Assembly: GCF_006345805.1 (NCBI RefSeq)
Contig: NC_043005.1
Location: forward strand, 78,492,001 to 78,556,000
Reading direction: 5' to 3'
Origin: Octopus sinensis
Lineage: Eukaryota
Length of the DNA stretch: 64,000 nt
Of this stretch, positions 26,001 to 38,639 are shown piece after piece. Under the pieces are notes generated by a model. That model was not told where the DNA came from and ran no database searches. It saw nothing but the letters and a program-made list of their open reading frames with translations. Both the position numbers and the translations under genes were made by a program. Numbering within the stretch: position 1 is the stretch's first letter; each line of letters opens with the position of its first letter.

Positions 26001-27064
26001 ATAATAATAATAATAATAATAATAATAATCATCCTTTCTACTATAGGTACAATGCCTGAAATTTTGGGGGAGAGGGCCAGTCAGTTAGCTCGACTCCAGT
26101 ATGCAACTGGTACTTAATTTATCGGCCTGATCAAGCAGTCTTTTGATCAAAGACATTCTAGTAGTGACCATCTCTTTCTAAAAAGAGAAAAAAAAATTCA
26201 GACCTCAGATGTAGTATATCTAAATCTGCATTGTTCAGTGTGTCCTGCTTTTGTAAGATTGTAGCATGATATAAAGTAGATTGGCTGTTATTTCTTGCAG
26301 GGTGAACAATCACATTCAGACTCCCTCCTTAGAATTGGAAGGTATTAGTTTACAATCTAAATAGATTGTTTTGAGAGATTTGTTTCACTATTGCTGTTGT
26401 TTATAGCCCTAAGTCAACCACAGTCAATAGGTCTCTGAATAAAGATGTTCCAGCATTGACCATCCCATCTTTATTTTTATATCAGTTACTAGATTGTCAA
26501 AAGCATCTCACTTTTATCTCTGATAAAAGGACGTAGTTTGAGAGATCTGACTGCTATTTCTAGCAGGTAGACTGACCTTACTTACCTTCCTCTTTGTTAT
26601 TAATGTGTGTGTTCATGTGTGTATCTGTGTGAATGTGTGCTTGTGTTAGTGTATTTATCTTTGTGTGAATATACACACACACGTGTGTGCATGTTTGTGT
26701 GTGTTTGCATGTATGTGTTTATATTTGTGTGTGTGTGTGTGTTTTACATTTGTATATGTTCCTGCATTTATATTTATGTAGGAGTGAATGTGCGTGTATA
26801 TATATATGTGTGTATATATGTGCGTGTAGCATCATTGGCCATGCTATTGTGCCCTACCACAAAACAACAAAAGACATTGTCATCAAATACATAATACATG
26901 ACAAACAGCTTTTTGATGTCTTTGTTTTTTAATTGTTTCAAACATTTTGTTTTGTCTTTATACATATAAACATTTCTGTCGCAGTTCATTGGTTTTGTTA
27001 CTCTGACTTGCCACATGTTCCTGCATTACGCTCTTTATGTATTTATGTATATTATTTATTTATA

Positions 27065-27360
27065 GTTGGAGGCACATGGCCTAGTGGTTACAGCAGCAGA
27101 CTCGCGGTTGGGGTATCGCGGGTTCGAATCTCAAACTGGGCTTTATGAGTGAAACACCTGAGCTCCATGCTACTCTGGCTGGCAGTAATGGCGAACTTCT
27201 GCTGACTCTTTCGCCACTACTTTCTCTCGCTCTTTCCTCCTGCATCTAGCAGCTCACCTGTGATGGACTTGCGTCCCATCCAGATAGGGAACCTATATGC
27301 CAATGAAATCGGGAAACCGTCCCTTCTGAGCTAGGCATGGCTCAAGAAGGAACAAACAAC
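27065..27360 (+). mobile_element. tRNA-derived SINE with a V-domain-like motif
   Basis: A box TGGCCTAGTGG, B box GGTTCGAATC, and GATGGACTTGCGTCCCATCCAG, which resembles the V-SINE central motif (recalled, not aligned). Confidence 0.65.
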
Positions 27361-27371
27361 ACATTAATTTA

Positions 27372-27780
27372 TAGGCATTGCCATGGCTGTGCGGTAAGAG
27401 GTTTGCTTCCTAACTATATGATACACATGGTTCCCAGTTCAGTTCCACTGCATGGCACCTTGGGCAAGTGTCTTCTACTACACTCCACCACCTTGGCCAA
27501 CCAGAGCTTTGCGTGTGAATTTCATTAATGGAAACCAAAAGAAGCCCGTTGCACATAAATGTGTGTGTGTGCTTTTGTGTCTGCATTTGTCCCCCACAAC
27601 CGGTAGTGTGGTGTTTACATCCCCATAACTAAAGAGACTCATAGAACAAGTACAATACTTTCAAAAATGAAACAGAAAAATTAGTACTGGGGCAGGGGTT
27701 GGGTTGTTTGACTAAAATTCTTCAAGGCAGTGCCCCAGCATGGCCCCACAGTCCACAGACTGAAATAAGTAAAATAATAA
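27372..27780 (+). mobile_element. SINE family A
   Basis: Head, CORE-like box, TG microsatellite, right monomer and GACTGAAATAAGTAAAA tail. Confidence 0.8.
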
Positions 27781-27895
27781 AATCATATAACTCAATCATT
27801 TAGTTTGTTTTTTTTCTACCATTCCAGCTATCCTTTCTTCTGTTGATTAATATTTTACGATTTTAATATAAATTTCTTTCAATTTTCTTTTCCAG

Positions 27896-27918
27896 ATTCC
27901 AAGAAGACCGAATTATAA
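27896..27918 (+). CDS. UGGT1: UGGT terminal coding exon encoding (D)SKKTEL-stop
   Basis: Strong acceptor tttctttcaattttcttttccag|AT TCC AAG AAG ACC GAA TTA TAA. It is phase-1 compatible with the 14322 donor (G+AT = Asp) and gives a KDEL-type C-terminus (KTEL), as expected for an ER-luminal UGGT. Confidence 0.8.
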
Positions 27919-28330
27919 CAATAGCAGATTTAGCGGTTAATTAAAATACAAAAAAAAACAAAAAACAAAACAAAAGACTTTTTTTTTTCTTTTTTAAGGC
28001 CTAAATCTAGCCGAAATTGGGGAGGGGGTGAAAATGAAACTACCTACTGCTGGCCACAAGTGACCACACAACAACACTGATCACCATCTCTTATCATTTT
28101 TATGCACTTGGAAGAAAATAATAATAATAATAACAACAACAATAATGCAAAAACTGGTCAAAATGTTTCAGTCGGACGTGGCCTCGTGACATACAGAAAA
28201 TCAAATAACTGTCATTATACAAATGCTCTTTTGGGATGGGTTGGTAGATTTTTCTGTGTTTATTTAAATTTCTTTTTGTATTTTTTTTTTATAAATTTTT
28301 TGTTTTGATTTTTTTTTTCTAATATTCTGT
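27919..28330 (+). other. Probable UGGT 3' UTR (end not defined)
   Basis: Non-repeat, U/A-rich sequence directly after the stop codon. The polyadenylation site cannot be fixed from sequence. Confidence 0.45.
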
Positions 28331-28519
28331 CTGTCTGTCTGTCTTATCTCTCGTATCTTTTTCCGTGTATTTGCTCACTGAGGCTAAAGATACCTGTCTC
28401 TGAAATTAAGTCAAAGAATTTGAAAGTTGGAAGATTTAAAATAAGTAAAATAATAATAATAATATGGGGACAATTAGGATTTTGAGATTGGTACTTGGAT
28501 GTTGAATGTCTCCCATGAT

Positions 28520-28752
28520 AGGCGGCAAACTGGCAGAAACGTTAGCTCGCTGGGCGAAATGCTTTGTGGTATTTCGTCTGCCGCTGCATTCTGAGTTCAA
28601 ATTCCGCCTAGGTCAACTTTGCCTTTCATCCTTTCGGGGTTGATAAATTAAGTACCAGTTACGCACTGGGGTCAATGTAATCGGCTTAATCCATTTGTCT
28701 GTCCTTGTTTGTCTCCTCTGTGTTTAGCCCCTTGCGGGTAGTAAAGAAATAG
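28520..28752 (+). mobile_element. SINE family B, full length, LINE-type tail
   Basis: GGCGGCAAACTGGCAGAAACGTTAGC head through ...TTTAGCCCCTTGCGGGTAGTAAAGAAATA tail. Confidence 0.9.
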
Positions 28753-29284
28753 AATGTTTCCCATGATAATTAACAACCAAGTATCAAAGCTTATGATGTG
28801 CTGAAAGAGATCCTGTGAAACTTTTGACAGCAGGCTGCTGTCTGCTCTCACAGAATCTACCAGAGCAAGCAAGATCAAGTGCTCTGAGAAGTAAAACAAT
28901 AGTAATAATAATAATAATAATAATACTTACAAATTTTGGAACACAGTTAGCATTTTCAAGGGGAGGGAGTAAGTGGATTACATCTACCCTAGAGTTAAAC
29001 TGAATAATAATTAACAAGAACTGGAGAAAATCTAATGTACGATTATACTGTTGACGTTGAGAGAACCTGAAATATTTTTTTTGTCTCTTTGTGGTAGTGG
29101 AGACTGGATCTGGAAGCACACAAAGCTATAAAGAATAGCATGTAAACATTGGATTGAAACACTCTTTGGATAGAAGAAGTCAAAGGCTGCCAATGGGAAT
29201 TGAATCTATATGTCCTGTAGATATGACTGGTGTTCAACCCAGCCCTCAACTTTTTCTATCCACAAGAATTTTCCAGCACAAATA

Positions 29285-29690
29285 TTCACATGCTATTATT
29301 TTTAGCTTTCTGAGTTCAAATTCCATGGTGGTCGACTTTGCCTTTTATCCTTTCAAGGTCAATGAAATAAGTACCAGTGGAACACTTGGGGGTAATATAC
29401 TTGACTAATCCCCTCTCCCAAAATTTTAGGCCTCTGTGCCTCCTATAGTAGAAAGGATTATTTGTAGCTTTATGTTAAGGCAGCGACCTGACAGGATCTT
29501 TAGCACACTAGACTAAATGCCTTGCAACATTCCTTCCGGCTTAGCATTCTGAGTTCAGATTCCACCAAAGACAACTTTCGTCTTTCATCCTTTCAGAGTT
29601 GATAAAATTAGTACTAATTGGGCACTGGGGTCAGTATATTGTCTGGTCCCTTCCTTCAAAATTTAAGGCCTTCTCTCAAAAGTTAATACA
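29285..29690 (+). mobile_element. Two degenerate SINE family B copies in tandem
   Basis: The TTCTGAGTTCA..TTCC...ACTTT..CTTT.ATCCTTTC core occurs at about 29308 and 29548. Confidence 0.7.
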
Positions 29691-31094
29691 GCATCAGTAT
29701 ACAGTTCTTACTGGTAAGAATAAAGTTTCTGAAATAGATAGACTATTTCTTATGATTATAATATTTCCAACTATTAACCTCTTTTGTAGAGAAGGAACTT
29801 CTTCATTTTTCTGGGGTTTTTTTTTTTTTTTTTTGCATATCTAACATTTACACTGCATTTTGGTTAGCTTGATCTCTCTAATCTTCATCAGGTGTCTTAT
29901 TCTTGGATATGTACATATAGTACTGAACCAGAAGCCTTGGGAAACATTATTCTAAAAAATATTTCTCAGGTAATTAAAAACAAATCGGACAATTCTGAGT
30001 TGAAACATAGTATTTGAAATAGATTTATCATCATTGAATAGGAGTTTCACAGCCCAAAATATTCTCCTTTCAGAATACTTTTTTTTTTATTTCAATTTTT
30101 CACACAAACTGTAATGCTAACAATCTGTGTCTATTTCCTGACATTTGACATATTTTTTAAGTGGTATCACAAGTCTTTCTCTTAGTTTATTAAAAGATCA
30201 CAGAGAGAGCCATATAGAAAAGAAAAGAAAAAGCAGATGATAATGGTATTAATAATAAGGATTTATTGTGGTTGGCTATCTCTTGAAGAACTTCTGTCTT
30301 CTTTTTGTCTATAATAAAGAAATTATTTAAAAATGGAAAAAAAAGCAAAAAAAAAAACAAATTAAGATTTTTTCCTTTTTTTTTTTTGTAAATGAAATTT
30401 TCAGGTGTAAAAAAACAAACACTAAAACAATTTCCACTGCATACAAAATATGTAAATAATATCATATTTAAAATAATTTCTGTTAATAAAGAGGAACATT
30501 TCTCAAAGAATTTTACTCTTTAAAAAATATTGTTTTATTTTTGTTTTGTTTTTTTTCTTGAATTATAACGTAACTATTATTTGCATTTTGTATTCTGAGT
30601 GTCTTGTAAAACCCATTTCATTTAATTGAAATATTTCTATGTTCTTCAAATTTCTATTCTCTCCTTCTCCTTCTTTCGTGTGTGTATGTTTGTGTGTGTC
30701 TGTCTCCAAATCATTTAAAGTATTTTTTTATTATTTTTTCCTCCTATTATTTTTTATCTTTTTCTTTTGATGTACAATATGTACATAAAAGAAACGGGGA
30801 AAAATTAATTAAGACGGAGTGGAAAAGAAACAGAATGAAATTTAACATTGACTTTCTTTCACTTATCTCAGACTTTCAACAAACACCACCATCATCATCA
30901 ATATCATCGTCATCAGATTTTCCATCATTATCATCAATTCCCTCATCATCATCATCTCAACAACCTTCTATCTATAACAAAACAATTCCTTCTGTTTAGT
31001 TATACTAAAAAATTAATATAAATTCAAATATAAATATGGTTACATACAAAAGTTTGCAGTTATAATATTGCTATGATGTTAATGATAATGATGA

Positions 31095-31512
31095 TACTCT
31101 TTACTCTCTTTTACTTGTTTCAGTCATTTGACTGTGGCCATGCTGGAGCACCGCCTTTAGTCAAGCAAATCAACCCCATGACTTATTCTTTGTACTTATT
31201 CTATTACTTATTCTATCGATCTCTTTTGCCGAACCGCTAAGTTACAGGCATGTAAACACACTAGCATCGGTTGTCAGGCGATGTTGGGGGGACAAACACA
31301 GACACACAAACATATACACACATACATACATACATATATATATATATATATGCGACGGGTTTCTTTCAGTTTCAGTCTACCAAATCCACTCACAAGGCTT
31401 TGGTCAGCCAGAGGCTATAGTAGAAGACACTTGCCCAATGTGCCGCGCACTGAGAGTGAACCAAGAACCATGTGGTTCATAAGCAAATTACTTACCACAC
31501 AGCCACTCATAT
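31095..31512 (-). mobile_element. SINE family A, full length
   Basis: Reverse complement of 10881-11270, including the TACTCTTTTAC tail. Confidence 0.9.
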
Positions 31513-32529
31513 GCCTAGGAGTGATGATGATGATGATAATAATAATAATGGTTACTACTGTGGATTTTGACGTATGAGTATTTAAAGGAGAGAATTTAAA
31601 ATTTTTTTAAAATAAATAAAAAGTAACAGTGAGGATTAGTCTTTTGCAGGATTTTTTTCTTTTTTTTTTTTTGTTGCACACTTGCTGGAATGTTCTTGTT
31701 TTAATTTTTGAATATCAATGATTAAAGAATAAAGAACTGATGGGAAGTGAGGTGAGGGTGGGGAGGATTGGTCGAAAATCAAAATTAAAATAATAAAGCT
31801 TTTTAAAAATTATATTTTTAAAAAAAATCGTAATAATAATAATAATAATGATAATAATAAAACACGCAAACAATATTTAATAAAGAAAATTAAATAAAAA
31901 TGCATTGATGAACTAACCAACGACTAAAAATAGCGAAGAGAAAACACTGCAGGATGTTGTCAGCCTGAAGAAGTTAATGTTAGCAGACTTTCTCCTGAAA
32001 ATGCTGCAAGCATTATCTGGATAGTTTATTAAAGTTTTGGAAAATTCTTCAGGCCTTGCGTTCTTTACTCAGTATCCTTTTTTTTTTTTTTCTCTCTCTT
32101 ACACTTATAACCAATTATACTCTAAATTCATATTTGCTGCTGGTAACTGAATATTGATTTCTGATATTGCCATCTAACTCTCCTCTACAGCAAGATATCT
32201 CTTCTGTTCTCCCCCCCCCGCTATCTCTCCTCATATATTAACCCCGTCATGTCTTCGAATGAAGCCAGTTTTCTTTCTACTGTAAGCACCACTTTGTCAA
32301 AGGAGTTCTTAATCTTCAACCTATGTGGTATCATTAATGCTGGTGCCATGAATAAAGAAACACCTGCCACACTCTATAAAGTTGGTGGTATAAGGAAGGT
32401 CATCCTATCGTAGGGGCTCTGCCAAAGTAGGCACCAGAGCATGATGGAGACCTCTGGGTCAGTAGATCTTATCGAACCATCCAACCCATGCCCGTATGGA
32501 ACATGGACGTTAAAAGATAAGGATACATA

Positions 32530-32995
32530 CATCTGCCTGTTGGGTAAGAAGCTTGCTTCTCAACCACATGGTTCTTGGTTCAGTCCCACTGTGTGGCACC
32601 TTGGGCAAGTGTCTTCTACTATTGCCTTCAGCCGACCAAAACTTTGAGTGCATTTGGTAGACGGAAACTGAACGAATCCTGTCGTATATATATACATAAA
32701 TATGTGTGTGTGTGGAGGCGCAATGGCACAGTGGTTAGGGCAGCGGACTCGCGGTTTCGATTCCCAGACCAGGCGTTGTGAGTGTTTATTGAGCGAAAAC
32801 ACCTAAAGCTCCACGAGGCTCCAGCAGGGGGTAGTGGCGATCCCTGCTGTACCCTTTCACCACAACTTTTTCTCACTCTTCTGTTGGCTTGCTCGCTTAG
32901 CCAGCGGGATGGCGTCATTTGAAGGCCAAAACAATGCGAAGCGCATTGTGACCAGCGATGTTTAGCAACATCTGATAGCCTGATCGGTCAGGGTG

Positions 32996-33038
<43 letters not shown>

Positions 33039-33243
33039 TGTCTTTGTGCCTGTATTTGTCCTCAACCTCCGCTTGACAACCGATGTTGTTATGTTCACGT
33101 CCCCAATAACTTAAACGTTCAGTAAAAGAGACTGATGGGATAAGCACCAAGCTTGAAAAAAAAAGTCCTGGGGTCGATTTGTACGACTAAAACCCTTCGA
33201 GGCAGTGCCCCAGCATGGCCGCAGTCAAACGACTGAAACAAAA
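32530..33243 (+). mobile_element. SINE family A split by a family C SINE (32712-32995) inserted in its central microsatellite
   Basis: Left monomer 32530-32695, complete family C copy, TA run, then right monomer about 33035-33243. Confidence 0.85.
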
Positions 33244-33520
33244 GATTTTCCTCAGTTATATTTGTGCCTATGTAGTTTCACTGGTGCTTTGTTTATCAAC
33301 TCTTCTCACCTGACAATAAAAGTGAAATTGTCCTCAAAGGGGAGTTGAACTCAGAATGTAAACTGGTGCAACTGAATACAGCTTGCCTGTCACCTTTCGT
33401 TCCTACTTTATTCCCTCCTTCCAATCCATCCATTTGCATCAGGTATAAATTCATAATACATTTATATCGTTATGCATGCATATACATAGTTTCCAGTGTT
33501 TGTGAATGTAATTCTGTACG

Positions 33521-33567
<47 letters not shown>

Positions 33568-33923
33568 GCGCGCGCTCTTATAGCTTTGTCCACTTCGAGT
33601 TCCACAATTAAATGCAAATTTTTTAACTTTTATGAGTTCCTAGGTTCTTATGACGTAAACAACATAATTCTCGCTGGTAAGCACAAAGCTTCTAAAATAG
33701 AAGTGAAATTCCAAGAATGGCTTTGGTACAACGGTAGAACGTCTGTTATGTTAGCGAAAGAAAGGGGTTCGATTTTTCCATCCAGGATTTTTTTGTTTGT
33801 TTTTTAGCCCATTTCGACACACTATTATTATAGCTTTATCTGCTTCGAATTCCACCGTTAAAAACGATTTCTTTCATGTCTTTCGATGTTTCTGAATTTG
33901 TATAACGTATTATATGTGTGTGT

Positions 33924-33956
<33 letters not shown>

Positions 33957-33957
33957 C

Positions 33958-34200
33958 TATTTTACTTGTTTCAGTCATTTGACTGCGGCCATGCTGGAAC
34001 ACCGTCTTTAGTCGAGCAAATCGACCCCAAGACTTATTCTTTGTAAGCCTAGAACTTATTCTAACGGTCTCTTTTGCTGAACCGCTAAGTTACGGGGACG
34101 TAAACACACCACTGTCGGTCGTCAAGCGATGTTGGGGGACAAACATACACACACACCACTGTCGGTCGTCAAGCGATGTTGGGGGACAAACATACACACG
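33958..34200 (-). mobile_element. SINE family A right monomer with a short internal tandem duplication
   Basis: ACACACCACTGTCGGTCGTCAAGCGATGTTGGGGGACAAACATACAC occurs twice (about 34105-34197). Confidence 0.85.
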
Positions 34201-34219
34201 CACACACACACACACACAC

Positions 34220-34257
<38 letters not shown>

Positions 34258-34824
34258 AGTGGGGTGTAAGGGGCACGTACACCCTCAAGAAAAGAAGTGC
34301 CCTTTTCTCCTAGAATTGTATTCCCTTCGAAAAATTCCAGGGACCGCGCTTATAAATATATATATATATATACAGACACACACCACAAGCCTCAATACAT
34401 ACACTCATGAGTTGCCATACTGATACATATGGACATATATGTATGCATATCTACACAGTTGGCAAGTAGGAGGAGTTAATCGGTAAAGTGAGATATGATA
34501 AAAGAACGGGTGCTACAAAGACAGTAAAAATGGATGACGGGCGTAAAACATACAATTCTGTGGGATTGATGGTTGTTCATGAGTTCATGCATGACACGGT
34601 AGTAAATAGAAATGGTAAAAACATGAAACTACTATTTGGTTAAGAGTGGTGAGTTTTGTCAATGATGTCTCTTTAAGAGCTACTTTGCAAATGTAAACAC
34701 TTCGAAAAGCACCTGTTACTTCTTTCTCTTGAGTGTATGGAAAATGGAGTTAGTGGGAAAACTGAGTGATGATTGTAAAGGTACTCCATATTTTAGAGAG
34801 AATTTTTTTTTTCTCGTCTGTATG

Positions 34825-35048
34825 TTTATTTCTTTATTGCCCACAGAGGGATATACATAGAGGGGACAAATAAGGACAAAGGGATTATCGATTACATCGA
34901 ACCCAGAGCGTAACTGGTACTTATTTAATCGACCCCGAAAGGATGAAAGGCAAAGTAAGTCAACAGAATTTGAACTCAGATCGTAACGGCAGACGAAATA
35001 CCGCCAAGTATTTCGCCCGGCGTGCCAACGATTCTGCCCACTCGCCGC
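34825..35048 (-). mobile_element. SINE family B
   Basis: Tail TTTCTTTATTGCCCACA... through the head ...CTGCCCACTCGCCGC, on the minus strand. Confidence 0.85.
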
Positions 35049-35379
35049 TCTTTCTTGTCTGGCGTCTGGCTTAGTGTATTGGGTGTCGCACCCACAATCA
35101 TAAAATCTTAATTTTGATTTCCGGACTGAGAAAAAGGCTTTATCTCACATTACTCCAGCCTACGCAGCCGTAAATGTGTTCTGGCAATAACAGAGCAGTT
35201 AACTCTGAAACGGAGCAGTGTTCCATCCCGTGGAGAGTATTAGAAGCTTAGTCACTTATGCACCATGGAAAGTCGGTGTCAGCTCCGGCCTCATGGATCC
35301 TTGGGCTCGCAGCAGACCTAACTCTATTTTGCTTCCTTCCAATACAGCTTGTCAGACTTCTTCATATATTTATATGAGT

Positions 35380-35532
35380 ATAGTGTGGCTGTGTGGTAAG
35401 AAGTTTGCTTCCCAACTACATAGTCCTGGGTTCAGTCCCACGCAGTGGCACTTTGTGCAAGTGTCGTCTACTACTTGGGCCAACCAAAACCTTGTAAGTG
35501 GATTTGGTAGATGGAAACTGAAAGAAGCCCCT

Positions 35533-35566
<34 letters not shown>

Positions 35567-35920
35567 CGACGCAGGAGTGGCTGTGTGGTAAGTAACTTGC
35601 TTACGAACCACATGGTTCCGGGTTCAGTCTCGCTGCGTGGCACCTTGGGGTAGTGTCTTCTACTATAACCTCGGGCCGACCAAAGCCTTGTCAAAGGGTT
35701 TGGTAGGCGGAAAACTGAAAGAAGCCCGCCATAAATATATATATATATACATGTGTGTGTTCCCCCAACATCGCTTGATAACCCCGTAATTTAGCGATTC
35801 GGCAAAAGAGACCGATCGAATAAGTACTAGGCTTAGAAAAGATAAGTCTTGGGGTCGATTTGCTCGACTAAAGGCAGTGCCCCAGCATGGGTGCAGTCAA
35901 ATGACTAAAACAAGTAAAAG
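35380..35920 (+). mobile_element. Family A left monomer followed by a complete family A copy
   Basis: Two GTGGCTGTGTGGTAAG heads (about 35385 and 35577) and one right monomer with tail. Confidence 0.85.
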
Positions 35921-36689
35921 AATATATATACATATACAGAGAGAGATTTATAGTAGTTTAAAATACAATTATAATTAAGGACATAGTTCCATGCCGAAAA
36001 TAGACGCTAAATCGTCAAACCACTTCAAATCATCACTTTATACCACACGTGTTGAAATACCACGGCACATTGACAACTGGTATCGGTATATTTACGTCCC
36101 CATCACTTGACATTTCGGCAATAAAATTCGTACCAAGCTTAGTAAAAGGAGTTCTGGTGTCAGTTCGATCGACTAGAATTCTTCAGCACGGCCGCAGTCT
36201 AATGACTGAAGCAAGTAAAAGATTCTTTGAAGTGGTGTACAAATTTTATATATTAAGGAAAATTCGGTAGTCGGGATTTTGGATAATTATTTATTTAGCA
36301 CTTTCATCTGTTTTCGGAGGATCATCAGAAACGATATCTTTACAGAAAATTTATGCCTTATATATGTGTGTGTGTGTGTGTGTGTGAGTTGAAAAATCTG
36401 GAGTTCAATGGAGAAGAGAATGTTTTATTTTGAATTTCTCTCTGCCTTTTGTATGTATGTTTGTGTAAGCATGTGTGCGTATGGTGAATGTTTGGCGACG
36501 TGGCTGGAGGGAGAAAACGGGGATAAGAAAGAAATATAGAAAGGGATCTTTTTCTGAGATGGCTGCAATTTCATTCTGTTCTCATGGTCAGTTGTCATGC
36601 TATGCAGCTGCAAAAAAGGCGTCGTTATAGTGGCTGGTTGAAGTTTGTCATATACATGCATAGAAAATCCCTCTGTTATGGAATACATT

Positions 36690-36950
36690 CATAAACTCCA
36701 ACTTGAGAAATATTCCCATCAAAACTTCTATCAAATGTAAGATAACAGGCTGGATATTGTTATCTGGGATGGAAGGACAAAGGTATATACCATCATAGAC
36801 GTTAGCTGCCTTGTAGGTATAAATATCTCTTTGAAAATCAAAGGAAAAATATCTATGGACAACTGTTTCGAAACCTCCAGACTATGAATTCATGTTCATA
36901 CCAAAATAATTGGAGCACTAGGTTTTGTTACCCAAAATTCTGACTACTTC
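36690..36950 (+). pseudogene. Fragment of a restriction-like-endonuclease (R4-type) LINE
   Basis: With frameshifts it reads NIPIKTSIKC..NRLDIVIWD....IIDVSC...FIPKIIGALG, matching the PD..D and IIGALG endonuclease signature. Confidence 0.55.
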
Positions 36951-37084
36951 CTTTTTCTTAATATTTGTGCGTATGTATGTATGTATGTATGTATGTATGT
37001 ATGTATGTATGTATGTATGTATGTATGTATGTATGTGTGTGTGTGTATGTTTGTAAGTATGTGTATGTATATATGTGTGTATAT

Positions 37085-37262
37085 ATATATAGGGAGAGTT
37101 TACGTAAAAAACAAAAGACGGAGACAGGTGGTGTACAAAACAAACAGATGTATTAGTGTAACGCTCCGGAATAGAAAAAGTCTTTTACGTTTCGAGCCTA
37201 TGCTCTACAGAAAGGGACGCAGAAAAAACAAAGAGAGAAAAAAATGTGTGTAGTGGCTAACG
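37085..37262 (-). mobile_element. Short Penelope-type pLTR-like repeat with a degenerate hammerhead-like motif (about 37178-37216)
   Basis: Homologous to 50220-50432. Minus strand CUUU CUGU[del]AGAGC AUAG GCUC GAAA CGUA AAAGAC. Confidence 0.7.
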
Positions 37263-37581
37263 ATGTATGTATGTATGTATATTTGTATGTATGTACGTAT
37301 GTATGTATGTATGTATGTATGTATGTATGTATGTATGTATGTATGTGTGTATGTATGTATGTATGTATGTATGTATGTATGTATGTATGTATGTGTGTAT
37401 GTATGTGTGTAAATAGTATTAGTGGCCTCGTTCTGGTTGAATAAAGCATGACCGTCTGTTTTAATCACGAAACTCTGCCTATAAAAGGTTAGCTTGTATG
37501 TATTTCTTTTTTTTTTATTTTACACTTTGTATTGTGAACTTTTATCTTTATTTAGTCTACCGGTGCAGTATCTGTGTGTGT

Positions 37582-37618
<37 letters not shown>

Positions 37619-38129
37619 GTGTACGTTGGGAATACAGATACGAGGAAACTACTCGATAAGCGAAACAGACGGTAGGTTAAGTCGCTCTGACTAGACTGAT
37701 TAATTATATGAACGAATGAATTGAACAAAAACTACAAGTGTAACCACTTGTCAGAAAATCAAAGCAATATACTTTCTTTCACACACGTACATATTCGTAA
37801 TGTATGTATGGACGGAATAAAAACAATGAAGACCAAAGAAAACACTGAAATATCTTGCCAAGCTATCTACAGAAAAATACACACATCGAAAGGTTACATT
37901 TTGAGAAATTCTCACAGTGCAAATGCGAATGATTGAAGACAAAGATAAGGACGCAGTAGTGTGACGAAATCATTGTCAAAGCAATTAGTTAAATAACTAA
38001 TTAATTTTTAAGAAATCAGAAGTGAATTATAGCGAGTGCGTGTGTCTTTATTTGTAGGAAGTTCCTTTCAAACTACATTAAATGTGAAGGCAATGCGATT
38101 TCACATCAGAATCTTATAAAACTATATAA

Positions 38130-38362
38130 AGGCGGCGAGCTGGCAGAAACGTTAGCACGTCGGGCGAAATCCTAAGCAGTATTTCGTCTGTCGCTACGTT
38201 CTGAGTTCAAATTCCGCCGAGGTCGACTTTGCCTTTCATCCTTTCGGGGTCAATAAATTATGTACCAGTTACGCACTGGGGTCGATGTAATCGACTTCAT
38301 CCGTTTGTCTGTCCTTGTTTGTCCTCTCTGTTTAGCCCCTTGCGGGCAGTAAAGAAATAAGA
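38130..38362 (+). mobile_element. SINE family B, full length
   Basis: GGCGGCGAGCTGGCAGAAACGTTAGC head and GCCCCTTGCGGGCAGTAAAGAAATAAG tail. AGAATCTTATAAAACTA occurs on both sides, a TSD-like direct repeat. Confidence 0.9.
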
Positions 38363-38639
38363 ATCTTATAAAACTACATAAAAGCAATGTATGCATATTT
38401 GTATGCCGGAATATACTCACACACACATGCTCGCGCGCGCACACACACATTTGTTTATAAGTGCTAATTGCTTCGTTATTTTAAAGATAGCAACGGAATA
38501 TATACAGACGGGAAACGAAATACTAATAATAGAATCAAATTTACGAAATTAGATTTTGCTGGGACTTCAAGTTTCGCTTGGTGGTTTATTCAGCCAATGG
38601 TAAATGGTGTTCCTGAAGTTTCTTACAATTATGATATTT

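Noticed and set aside
28770-28885. Possible minus-strand exon after a TTCTCAG acceptor (ALDLACSGRFCES... or HLILLALVDS...)
   Set aside because: No recognisable protein and no partner exons. It may be a decayed retroelement fragment.
28930-29066. Minus-strand exon-like segment with TTTCAG acceptor and GTAAGT donor (ORF 28784-29119)
   Set aside because: Its 3' half is the family B SINE tail (GGGTAGATGTAATCCACTT...CCAAAATTTG), and the peptide resembles nothing I recognise.
33715-33790. tRNA-like sequence (TGGTACAACGGTAG...GGTTCGATT)
   Set aside because: No acceptor or anticodon stem pairing. At most a decayed SINE head or tRNA pseudogene.
36310-36340. Minus-strand CUGAUGA...GAAA hammerhead-like core
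   Set aside because: Only UCCUCC lies between the core halves, so helix II cannot form, and flanking helices are absent.
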